Shown: piece by piece, positions 54,245 to 62,713 of the stretch
Numbering within the stretch: the stretch's first letter is position 1
Layout of the letters: each line of letters opens with the position of its first letter
Origin: Acidimicrobiales bacterium
Lineage (GTDB): Bacteria; Actinomycetota; Acidimicrobiia; Acidimicrobiales; JAJPHE01
DNA length: 64,000 bases
Direction: 5' to 3'
NCBI GenBank assembly: GCA_035653595.1
Contig: DASRBO010000190.1
Span: forward strand, 5,167 to 69,166
Notes under the pieces: generated by a model
Seen by the model: the letters and a program-made list of their open reading frames with translations, nothing else
Databases searched by the model: none
Told to the model about the DNA's origin: nothing
Program-made: the position numbers and the translations under genes

Positions 54245-56197
54245 TCAGTGCTGCCCGTCGCTAGCCAGGTACTTCGGGTAGTCCGTCTTGGGATCGCCGC
54301 ACCAGGCGTTGAAGGCCTGGTCGCCCGGGTTCCAGTTGGGCGCGTACTGGTTGGGCCACTGAAGGTAGTGGCGCTGGCAGTCCGGGTACTCGACGAAGCC
54401 GGCCTTGTTCTCGGGCTGGGGAGAGGTGAAGTCCGGCCGCCACCTCCAGGCCACGGCGTCAACGATGAAGCCGTACTTGCCCACGCCCGCACCTACCAGG
54501 GCGGGCCGGGGATCCGTTGTGGGTCCGTTGCCGCCGTAGCGGGTCGGCGGGTAGTGCTGGAGTCCGGCGGTGACGTTCTGGGGCGTCAGGTTGGGACCGG
54601 CGAAGAACATCCCACCGATGAGAGGCAGCATGGTGTAGTACCAGGTGACCAGGGCGCTGGGCGCCTTGCAGTACTGGGCGATCGAGCCACTGGCTCCCCC
54701 GCCGTGGTCCATGCCGGCCTCACTGGACGGATCGCACGGCTTCCCGTCCGGGGCGGTCTGGTGGTAGGTGTGGTACATCCAGAAAGCGTCGCCGGCGCCG
54801 AAGCCGAACCCGCCGAACACCCCGAGGTTGCTGGTCCCGAAGTCGCCTTGCGACTCGGTCTTGTTGATCGAGGTGTAGAGCCGTTGGACCGTGTTGGAGT
54901 CCATGTAGCCCTCGCTCGAGTAGATCCACTCCGGGTAGTAGCTCTGGCCGCCCGCATCGTCGAGCTGGAATAGCCCCTGGATGGGGTCGCCGAGCATGAT
55001 CACGCTGGTGATGTTGGCCGTGTGCAGCTGGACGACCAGATTGGTGTCGTCCTTCTGGGCGTTGGAGAAGTCGGTGCCGTCGTAGGACACCTCCTTGGCG
55101 ATGATGCCCGCCCCGCCCTTGCCGGCGCAGTCGCTGTTGAGGGCGGCCTTGAAGTCGCTGATCAGCGGGGCGTCCTGGGGAAGGTTGGTGTGAACCAGGC
55201 CGAACTTGCGGACGGTGTTCTTGTAGCCGCCGTGGACCTCGTCGTTGGGCGAGTTGACGGCCTTCTTGCCCACCAGCTCCGAGCACACGTACGACGCCAG
55301 CTGGTTGACGATGGTCGTGCCGGTGGCGAACTGGGTCCACACATAGGGGGCGAACTTCGAGTACAGGCTGTCGGACAGCCATAGGGTCCCGAAATGCATG
55401 GGCCGGCGGTTGGCCGGCACCGTGTTCAGGTCGGCGGCCATGTTGTACTGGGCCAGGTCATAGTTGTTGAACACCACGAAGGCGTGGTCCTGCTCCGACG
55501 CCTGGGTGGCGGCCGCCTTGGTCTTGTCCGGGCACTGGTTCGAGCCGCCGTCGATGACGTTGTACACGAGATGGCGACCGAAGAACTGGTTCTTCGGATC
55601 GTTCCCCATGAGCGGCCGGACGTGCGGCAGATAGTTGGCCGAGTCGAAGGCGTGGTCGTTCCAGTACCGGACCATGGTGGCGATGGACTCCTTGTTCTCT
55701 GCCACCACGTTGGACTGGGTCGTCGGTGCGGCCCGGTAGTACTGGCTGGTCGTGGGCAGGGCGCCGCCGGCGGCCGTAATGGCGTTGGTGACGTTCACTC
55801 CGCAGCTGGTGGCGTCGATGGAGAAGTCGAGCTGGATGGTGTTGTCCCCCACGCCCGCGTAGTAGGGCTTGGGCCCCCGGGTGGTGCTCTGCGGGTAGAT
55901 CTTGGCTCCGATGGCGGCCAGCTGGGTCTGGTTCACCCCGGGCTCGGTGGCGATCGTGCTGCCACCCGTGCCGGCCGACGTGGCACTGCCGCTGCTCCCG
56001 CTGCCCGAGCCCGACGACGACCCCGCCTGGGAGCTGCCCCCGACGGGGTTGTTGCCCGACGACACCGGCGTGATGGAGGTGGTCGTCGCCTGGGACAGCT
56101 TCCCGGAGGCGCCGCGGCTGGCAGGCTTGGAACAGGCCGCCACAAGCAGACAGAGGGCACCCAGCACCGCCAGCGCCCTGACAGACCTACCGCTCAT
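54245..56197 (-). CDS. Oversized type-I periplasmic-binding-fold lipoprotein (Liv-type SBP-like), paralogue of 46095-47789
   Basis: 650 aa. The lipobox reads LGALCLLVAAC, followed by an S/G/T linker. It shares blocks with the other SBP (YYPEW, GP(H/N)LTPQ, W/Y/N-rich C-terminal part). Confidence 0.75.
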   Translation of the reverse strand: MSGRSVRALAVLGALCLLVAACSKPASRGASGKLSQATTTSITPVSSGNNPVGGSSQAGSSSGSGSGSSGSATSAGTGGSTIATEPGVNQTQLAAIGAKIYPQSTTRGPKPYYAGVGDNTIQLDFSIDATSCGVNVTNAITAAGGALPTTSQYYRAAPTTQSNVVAENKESIATMVRYWNDHAFDSANYLPHVRPLMGNDPKNQFFGRHLVYNVIDGGSNQCPDKTKAAATQASEQDHAFVVFNNYDLAQYNMAADLNTVPANRRPMHFGTLWLSDSLYSKFAPYVWTQFATGTTIVNQLASYVCSELVGKKAVNSPNDEVHGGYKNTVRKFGLVHTNLPQDAPLISDFKAALNSDCAGKGGAGIIAKEVSYDGTDFSNAQKDDTNLVVQLHTANITSVIMLGDPIQGLFQLDDAGGQSYYPEWIYSSEGYMDSNTVQRLYTSINKTESQGDFGTSNLGVFGGFGFGAGDAFWMYHTYHQTAPDGKPCDPSSEAGMDHGGGASGSIAQYCKAPSALVTWYYTMLPLIGGMFFAGPNLTPQNVTAGLQHYPPTRYGGNGPTTDPRPALVGAGVGKYGFIVDAVAWRWRPDFTSPQPENKAGFVEYPDCQRHYLQWPNQYAPNWNPGDQAFNAWCGDPKTDYPKYLASDGQH

Positions 56198-56384
56198 TCA
56201 CAACCCCCTGAGGCGGGCCGAACCCCCGAGGCCGACCCCTGATGAGGGGTCAGTATGGCCCACTGGCCGGGATTGCACACATCACCGGGGGCCCCAATAG
56301 GCTCCCAGGCGGCTGGGGCCGCCCAATTCGGAGCGGCCGGGGAGGACCTTTTCCTTCTCTAGCCAATTCCTTTTAGCCACGGGT
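56198..56384. promoter_or_regulatory. Divergent intergenic region between SBP2 and permease2
   Basis: At 187 bp this is the longest non-coding gap in the window. The AT-richest patch is 56346-56378 (ccttttccttctctagccaattccttttagcc). CCAAT(T/A) occurs 3 times (56294, 56323, 56363). There is a small hairpin acccct-gatg-aggggt at 56235-56250. Confidence 0.3.
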
Positions 56385-58562
56385 GTGACCCACCGGGTCT
56401 CCGCCCTGCTGCCAACGGGAGAAAGCTTGATACGACGCACGGCAATGGGTGTGGGGGCGTTCCTGGCGGGCTTCGCCGTCATCGTCCTGGTCGGGAAGGG
56501 CGTTAACGGGTACCTGCTCAACTTCATGAGCTCGCCGGTTCCCAACGGGATCCTGCTTCAGGGCCTGGTCCTTGGGGCCCTGAACGGCCTTTTGGCCATC
56601 GGTCTCGTCCTCATCTACAGAACCAACCGAATCATCAATTTCGCCCAGGGCGAACTGGGCGCCTTCGCCGCCACCCTGGCCGGCGAGCTGGTGCAGCGCT
56701 ACAGCGTGCCGTTCTACGTGGCCGTCCTGATCGGGCTGCTGGCGGCAGTCGCGGGAGCCGCCTTCGTCGAGTTCGCCATCATCCGCCGCTTCACCAAGGC
56801 CCCCCGCCTGATCCTGACGGTGGTGACCATCGGGGTGTCCCAGATCTTCGGCGCCATCGAGCTCGCCATTCCGGCGCTGCTCAACAAGAACGCCAAGCTC
56901 AAGCCCGGATTCCAGACGCCCCTTTCGTTCCATTTCACCTACGGCGGGGTTGTCTTCCGGGGCGACCACCTGGTGGTGATGATCCTGGTCCCCCTAGTGC
57001 TGGTGGGCCTGGTGTGGTTCCTCCGGGCCACCGGCTACGGACTCGGGGCGCGGGCGGCGGCTGAGGATCGCGATCGGGCCAGACTCCTCGGGGTCAAGGT
57101 CAAGCGGATCTCCCTGATCGTCTGGTCGATCGCCGGCTTCCTGTCGGCCCTGACGGCGATCCTGAGCGCCCCGATCACCGGGTTCCAGCTCGGGGCCCTG
57201 GGGGGCTACACCCTGCTCGCCCTCGCTCTGGGCGCGGCAGTCATCGGTCGATTCGAGAGCCTCCCGATCACCTTCGGGGCTGCCCTGCTCATCAGCACCG
57301 CCCAGCAGGTGCTCTTCTTCGGCACCGGCCACTCCGGGCCCGACCTCGGCCTCGTCTTCGTACTGATCCTCATCGCCCTGCTGGTCCAGCGCCGCCGGTC
57401 CGCCCGGCTGGAGGGCGGTGCCTCCACCTGGCAGGCGGTGCAGGAAGTCCGGCCCATCCCCCTCGAGCTGCGCCGCCTGGCCGAGGTCCGCCTGGCCCGC
57501 TACGGCACCGGGGGGGTCGTGCTCCTGGCGGCGCTGGTCCTGCCCCTCGTGCTCACTCCGAGCAAGACCAGCCTTCTCACCGACATCCTGGTCTACGCCA
57601 TGGTCGGGGTGTCCCTGGTCATCCTGACCGGGTGGAGCGGCCACCTCTCGTTCGGACAGTGGGCACTAGCCGGCGTGGGCGGCCTGCTCGGGGGCCGCCT
57701 GGCCGCTGCCGCCAACCCACCCGACTTCTTCCTCGTGCTTCTTCTGGCCGGCATCTTCGGGGCCATCGCCGCCCTGGTGATCGGCATCCCCGCTCTGCGG
57801 ATCCAGGGGCTGTTCCTCGGCGTCACCACTCTGGCCTTCGCCGTGTCCGCCGGGGACTGGATATTCGGCTTCGACCTGTTCAAGATCCCCGGGGCCATAC
57901 AGCGCCCGCTCATGTTCGGTTTCTGGGACGTGAGCACCGAACGGAACTTCTACTTCCTGGCCCTGGCTCTGCTCATAGCCACACTGGTGGTGGCCCGCAA
58001 CCTCCGGAACTCGAGGCTCGGTCGGGTCCTGATCGCCAGCCGCGACAACGAGAAGGCCGCCCAGGCCCTCGGGGTCCCGAGGATCCGCACCAAGCTGATG
58101 GCCTTCGCCGTGTCCGGGTTCATCGCCGCCGTCGCCGGGGCCGTCTACGCCTACCACCAGCAGCAGCTGACCCCCGACCGCTTCCCCGCCGAGCTGTCGA
58201 TCTTCCTCTTCTCCATGATCGTGATCGGCGGCATGGGGAGCACCACCGGCGCTGTCCTCGGAGCCGTTGTCATCCGGGGCATCCAGTACTTCCTGCCCTA
58301 TGAGTTCAGCATCTTCGGGACGGGGTTCGGGGTGGTCCTCCTGCTGCTGTTCTTCCCCGGCGGACTGGGCCAGCTCGTCTACATGGCACGCGACTCCTAC
58401 CTGCGTTGGGTCGCCGAGAAGAAGGGAATCCTGGTGCCGAGCCTCGTCGCCGACAAGCGAGCGCCGGCGGCCGATCTGCGGGAAGCCGTCGTGGCCGTGG
58501 CCGAACACCCCGAGCACGTCATTCACCACGACGAGCTGGTGACCACGGGGGTGGCCCGATGA
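56385..58562 (+). CDS. Fused LivH-LivM type ABC permease (second copy)
   Basis: 725 aa. The start is uncertain (GTG 56385 or ATG 56445). It is colinear with 42903-45086 (GLVLIYRTNRIINFAQGELG ... LTGWSGHLSFGQWALAGVGG). Confidence 0.85.
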   Translation: MTHRVSALLPTGESLIRRTAMGVGAFLAGFAVIVLVGKGVNGYLLNFMSSPVPNGILLQGLVLGALNGLLAIGLVLIYRTNRIINFAQGELGAFAATLAGELVQRYSVPFYVAVLIGLLAAVAGAAFVEFAIIRRFTKAPRLILTVVTIGVSQIFGAIELAIPALLNKNAKLKPGFQTPLSFHFTYGGVVFRGDHLVVMILVPLVLVGLVWFLRATGYGLGARAAAEDRDRARLLGVKVKRISLIVWSIAGFLSALTAILSAPITGFQLGALGGYTLLALALGAAVIGRFESLPITFGAALLISTAQQVLFFGTGHSGPDLGLVFVLILIALLVQRRRSARLEGGASTWQAVQEVRPIPLELRRLAEVRLARYGTGGVVLLAALVLPLVLTPSKTSLLTDILVYAMVGVSLVILTGWSGHLSFGQWALAGVGGLLGGRLAAAANPPDFFLVLLLAGIFGAIAALVIGIPALRIQGLFLGVTTLAFAVSAGDWIFGFDLFKIPGAIQRPLMFGFWDVSTERNFYFLALALLIATLVVARNLRNSRLGRVLIASRDNEKAAQALGVPRIRTKLMAFAVSGFIAAVAGAVYAYHQQQLTPDRFPAELSIFLFSMIVIGGMGSTTGAVLGAVVIRGIQYFLPYEFSIFGTGFGVVLLLLFFPGGLGQLVYMARDSYLRWVAEKKGILVPSLVADKRAPAADLREAVVAVAEHPEHVIHHDELVTTGVAR

Positions 58563-60658
58563 GCTTCGTTCCCACCCCCACCCAACGCCCCGGCGCCCTG
58601 GCCCTGATCCGCCGGCCGTGGGCAGCCGCCACCATGCAGGCGGCGATATTCCCGCTGGTGGTCCTGTTCTTCATCTACTTCTTCGATCAGTTCGACGCCG
58701 CCACGTTCGGTGTGCTGGCCCCAGAGATCGAGAAGGCCTTCCACCTGACCGACCGCGCGTTCGTGAACCTCATCGCCCTCCAGTCGATCGTCGTGCTCGG
58801 TGCCGGGGTTCCCATCGGCTACTACGGCGACCGACTCCCCCGGCGGCCCATCGTCGTCATCGGGGCGGTGCTGGCCGGAACCTTCTCCCTCCTGACCGGG
58901 CTGGCCCCGAGCCTGCTTGCCCTGGTCCTGTTCCGTTTCGGAAACGGCTTCGGGCAGCTGGTCAACGGCTCCATCCATCCCTCGCTGCTGGCCGACTACT
59001 ACACGCCCGAGGCCCGGCCCACCGCCTTTGCCATGCACAACAACGCCCAGCGGTGGGGTGGGATCATCGGCCCGGCCGTGGCCGGTCTGGTGGCCTACTT
59101 CAGCAGCTGGCGGGAAGCGTTCATGATCCTGATCGTCCCGATCATCATCATGGCGGTGGTGGCCACCCGGCTACCGGCGGTGAGCCGGGGACAGAGCGAC
59201 GACGCGGCCTCGGCCGCCGTAGCCGAGCAGGAGCGGCCGGTCTCGTTCGGCCGGGCGGTGCGCATGCTGCTGGCGGTCAAGACGCTGCGCTGGCAGTTCG
59301 CCGCCTGGGTGGCCATCGGGGCCGGCTTCGTCCCCCTGGCCGCCTACTACCCGCTCTTCCTCCAGCGGGTCTTCCATGTCAACAGCGCCGTCCGAGGTGT
59401 GCTGGGCGCCGGCGGAGCCGTCGCCGCCCTGATCGGTGTGCAGCTGTCGGGCACCTTCACCCGGCGTTGGCTGGGCAAGGGCATGGGGGAGCCGATCAAG
59501 TACGCCGGCTACGCCCTGGTAGCGGTCGGGCCGCCCCTGGCCCTCCTCGCCTTCGCCCCCAACCTGCCGGTGGCGGTGGCAGCCTCCATACTGGCCAACT
59601 TCGTCGGCGGCTGGTTCTGGCCCCCCTTCCTGTTCACCGCCTCGGTGGTGGCTCCGGCCCGGGTGCGCACCCTGTCGTTCAGCTTCGGGAACGTGTTCCT
59701 CGTGGCCGGCCTGATCTTCTTCCAGCTGGTCTTCGGCCAGATCGCCGACCACAACATCCGCAACGGGATCCTCGCCCTGGTGCCCTTCTGGCTCATCGGC
59801 GGCCTCATCCTGCGGGGCGCAAACAAGTTCGTCGAGCCAGACGTCACCCGCGCCCTCTCGATCCTCAGCACCACGGCGGAGCTGCGTAAGGCTCGGCTGG
59901 AGGCCGCCTACCACTCCATCCTGTCGGTGCGGAAGGTCGACCTCAGCTACGGACCGGTTCAGGTCCTCTTCGGCGTCGACCTCGAGCTCGCCGAGGGCGA
60001 GATCATCGCCCTGCTCGGCACCAACGGGGCCGGAAAGTCGACCCTGCTCAAGGCCATCTCCGGCCTCGTGCCGATCCACGGCGGGGCCATCTTCTTCGAC
60101 GGCGAGGACATCACCGGGCTCGAGCCGGAGGACTCCTTCGCCATGGGACTGGTCCAGGTCCCCGGCGGCAAGGGCATCTTCCCGGGCATGACCGTCAAGG
60201 AGAACCTCGAGGTGGCCGCCTGGGCCAGCCGCAGGCCGCGTGCCGAGGTCGACGCCGTCCGGGCCGAGCTGCTCGAGCTCTTCCCGGCCCTCCGGCGCCG
60301 TTACGACCAGCCTGCCGCCGTCCTGTCCGGCGGCGAGCAGCAGATGCTCACCCTGGCTCAGGCGCTCATCAGCAAGCCCAAGCTCCTCATGATCGACGAG
60401 CTCTCCCTCGGCCTCGCTCCCACGGTCGTGGAAGAGCTCCTGAAGGTCGTCGAGCGCATCCACCAGGAGGGCACGTCGGTGATCCTGGTCGAGCAGTCCG
60501 TCAATGTCGCCCTCACCGTCGCCCACCGCGCCGTGTTCATGGAGAAGGGTGAGGTCCGCTTCTCCGGTCCCACCGACGAGTTGCTCGAGCGGGACGACAT
60601 CCTGCGCGCCGTCTTCCTGGCCGGTGCCTCCAGCGTCAACCTCAAAGGAGCCTCGTGA
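58559..60658 (+). CDS. Fusion: MFS-type 12-TM domain + LivF-like ABC ATPase
   Basis: ATG 58559 forms an ATGA overlap with the permease stop. The MFS motif A is IGYYGDRLPRRP. The NBD is LLGTNGAGKSTLL...LSGGEQQM...LLMIDELSLGL...VILVEQSVNVALTVAHRAVFMEKGEVRFSG, nearly identical in blocks to the first NBD of 39799-42903. Confidence 0.85.
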   Translation: MSFVPTPTQRPGALALIRRPWAAATMQAAIFPLVVLFFIYFFDQFDAATFGVLAPEIEKAFHLTDRAFVNLIALQSIVVLGAGVPIGYYGDRLPRRPIVVIGAVLAGTFSLLTGLAPSLLALVLFRFGNGFGQLVNGSIHPSLLADYYTPEARPTAFAMHNNAQRWGGIIGPAVAGLVAYFSSWREAFMILIVPIIIMAVVATRLPAVSRGQSDDAASAAVAEQERPVSFGRAVRMLLAVKTLRWQFAAWVAIGAGFVPLAAYYPLFLQRVFHVNSAVRGVLGAGGAVAALIGVQLSGTFTRRWLGKGMGEPIKYAGYALVAVGPPLALLAFAPNLPVAVAASILANFVGGWFWPPFLFTASVVAPARVRTLSFSFGNVFLVAGLIFFQLVFGQIADHNIRNGILALVPFWLIGGLILRGANKFVEPDVTRALSILSTTAELRKARLEAAYHSILSVRKVDLSYGPVQVLFGVDLELAEGEIIALLGTNGAGKSTLLKAISGLVPIHGGAIFFDGEDITGLEPEDSFAMGLVQVPGGKGIFPGMTVKENLEVAAWASRRPRAEVDAVRAELLELFPALRRRYDQPAAVLSGGEQQMLTLAQALISKPKLLMIDELSLGLAPTVVEELLKVVERIHQEGTSVILVEQSVNVALTVAHRAVFMEKGEVRFSGPTDELLERDDILRAVFLAGASSVNLKGAS

Positions 60659-61992
60659 GCCCCGAAGTCGTGTTCGAAGTCACCGGGCTGTCGGTCAACT
60701 TCGGGGGTGTGGCGGCGGTTAGCGACGTCAGCTTCACCCTCGACAAAGGCCAGATCCTCGGGATCATCGGGCCCAACGGCGCCGGCAAGACCACCGTGTT
60801 CGACGCCATCTCCGGCTTCGTCAACGCTCGCGGACGGGTGACCCTGGCCGGGCGCGACATCAGCGGCCTGTCCCCCCAGCGCCGATCGAGGGCACGCCTG
60901 GGCCGCTCCTTCCAGGACGCCCGGCTGTTCCCCTCCCTGACCGTGTTCGAGACCCTCGCCGTTGCCTTCGAGCGCCACAACCGCGCCGCCGACCCGGTCT
61001 CCACCGCCCTCCGCCTGCCGTGGGTCGCCCGCAGCGAGCGGCGGATCAAGGCCCGGGTCGAGGACCTGATCGAGCTGATGGGCCTCGGCGCGTTCCGCGA
61101 CAAGTTCATCGCCGAGCTCTCCACCGGCAGCCGCCGCATCGTCGACCTGGCCGTCATCATGGCCCACGACCCCCTCGTCCTCCTCCTCGACGAGCCTTCC
61201 TCGGGCATCGCCCAGCGCGAGACCGAGGCCCTCGGGCCCCTCCTCCTCCGCATCCGCGAGGAGACCGGCGCCAGCCTGCTGGTCATCGAGCACGACATGC
61301 CGCTCCTCCGCACCATCTCCAACGAGATCCTCGCCCTGGAGACCGGCCAGGTCCTCACCCGCGGGACCCCCGACGAGGTCCTCGAGGATCCCCGGGTGGT
61401 GGCCGCCTATCTGGGCACCAACCAGGCGGTGGTGGAGCGATCGGGTCGCCGTAGCTCCAGCGGAGGCACCCGTCCTGCGACGCGGGCGAGCGCCCCCCGG
61501 CGCCCGACCTCCCCGAAGCCCCCCGCCGAGGGTCGCCAGGGCGCCGGCTCCCGGTCCGCCGCCAAGGCGACCGGCACCGCCGCCGCGGCCAAGCGGACGC
61601 CAGCCAAGTCGGCAGGCGGCAGGACGAGCGCCAAGGAGGCGTCCTCCCCCAAGCGCAAGCCGAAGGCGTCGGGAACGACCGACGAAGTGCTGATCGACCT
61701 GACAGGAGGCGAGCCCGTCGTCCGCCCCTCACGGACGTCGCGGACGTCGCGCTCCACGGGCGCCAAGGGCACGGCGAGCACGGGTTCGGCGCCGTCGGGA
61801 ACGGGGTCCGGGTCGGGCCGGCGTCGCAGCGACTCCGCTCGGGACGAGGCGAAGGCCGGATCGGCCAAGCCCAAGTCGCCAGCCAAGAAGTCCGCCACGG
61901 CCAAGACGCAGGCGGCGCGCAGCTCGGGGTCCCGCACCACCAACGGCACCGGGGCTTCCCGGGCCAAGGCCAGCACCTCCTCCCGCTCCTGA
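60655..61992 (+). CDS. LivG-like ABC ATPase with ~190-aa basic, disordered C-terminal tail
   Basis: GTG 60655 forms a GTGA overlap and AAGGAG lies 5 nt upstream. The NBD is IIGPNGAGKTTVF...LSTGSRRI...LLLDEPSSGI. From ~61414 onward the sequence is an S/A/K/R/T/P/G-rich tail (…AKATGTAAAAKRTPAKSAGGRTSAKEASSPKRKPKASG…). Confidence 0.85.
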   Translation: MSPEVVFEVTGLSVNFGGVAAVSDVSFTLDKGQILGIIGPNGAGKTTVFDAISGFVNARGRVTLAGRDISGLSPQRRSRARLGRSFQDARLFPSLTVFETLAVAFERHNRAADPVSTALRLPWVARSERRIKARVEDLIELMGLGAFRDKFIAELSTGSRRIVDLAVIMAHDPLVLLLDEPSSGIAQRETEALGPLLLRIREETGASLLVIEHDMPLLRTISNEILALETGQVLTRGTPDEVLEDPRVVAAYLGTNQAVVERSGRRSSSGGTRPATRASAPRRPTSPKPPAEGRQGAGSRSAAKATGTAAAAKRTPAKSAGGRTSAKEASSPKRKPKASGTTDEVLIDLTGGEPVVRPSRTSRTSRSTGAKGTASTGSAPSGTGSGSGRRRSDSARDEAKAGSAKPKSPAKKSATAKTQAARSSGSRTTNGTGASRAKASTSSRS

Positions 61993-62033
61993 CCCAGCGG
62001 CGCCCCTGGAGCAGCCTGGAGCACAATCAAGCC

Positions 62034-62426
62034 GTGGCTCCGGACTCGGACCGGCCCGAACCGGCGCCGTTGGTGGCCCTGGAGCCCTGGTCGGGCCCCT
62101 GGGACGAGGAGGACCCCGACGCCAACTTCAAGGCGGAGGTGGCTCTGTACTCCCACCAGGATCCGCTGGCCACGATCCGGGCGATGAGCGCCGCCCTCGG
62201 TATCCCCGAGGGCGCGCTGGTCCGCTACGTGCTGGCCCGGTGGGCGAGCGCGGGCAGCTCCGGGCTGCTGGAGCTGGGTCCGTCCATGGTCGGGCGCCTG
62301 TGCGAACCCGTCGATGCCGCCGAGGAGGCCGGCACAGACGAGGCCCGCCTGCAGGCCTATGCCCAGCTACGCCAGATGTTGTCCTGGCTGCGCCTCCCCC
62401 TCGAAGGGGACGCCGGCTACAGCTGA
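62034..62426 (+). CDS. Hypothetical protein (130 aa)
   Basis: GTG start, high GC3 and a balanced, acidic composition (…IRAMSAALGIPEGALVRYVLARWASAG…). No family recognised. Confidence 0.5.
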   Translation: MAPDSDRPEPAPLVALEPWSGPWDEEDPDANFKAEVALYSHQDPLATIRAMSAALGIPEGALVRYVLARWASAGSSGLLELGPSMVGRLCEPVDAAEEAGTDEARLQAYAQLRQMLSWLRLPLEGDAGYS

Positions 62427-62435
62427 CGGGCGGCC

Positions 62436-62660
62436 TCAGCCGGCGATACGGCCCTCGCCCTTCTGCTTGGCGCCCCGCTCCGCCATCTCCTGGTAGTGCT
62501 GGCGAACCGACTCATCGCTACTCAGCCCCTCGGCGGCCAGCTCCTCCTCGGGCGTCGGCTCCCGGTCGGCCTGGCGCTTGGCGCCAGCAGACTCGACTTC
62601 GGCCTGCCGGGTCGCATCGGTAGGACGGGTGTGGTCGGCGGCTGCATGGTCTTTTGCCAT
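62436..62660 (-). CDS. Hypothetical small hydrophilic protein (74 aa)
   Basis: ATG start, high GC3, charged composition ending …VRQHYQEMAERGAKQKGEGRIAG. No family recognised. Confidence 0.45.
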   Translation of the reverse strand: MAKDHAAADHTRPTDATRQAEVESAGAKRQADREPTPEEELAAEGLSSDESVRQHYQEMAERGAKQKGEGRIAG

Positions 62661-62713
62661 GCCCGTGCTCTTCCCGACCCGATTCCCCCGGAAACGACAG
62701 GTCCGGACGCTCT

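Noticed and set aside
52850-54973. 707-aa plus-strand ORF across the sulfatase and SBP2 genes, and similar long shadows (27290-28726, 41128-42969, 43.0-44.4 kb, 46272-47825, 47868-49148)
   Set aside because: All overlap genes with strong motif support on the other strand or frame, and they translate to R/G/P/H-rich low-complexity sequence.
39799-61992. The two ABC loci as a recent inverted DNA duplication
   Set aside because: Gene order and orientation differ. Locus 2 has a divergent SBP, no extra lipoprotein and a split ATPase. The SBPs share only short blocks. The similarity is ancient paralogy at protein level, not a nucleotide-level repeat that I could verify.
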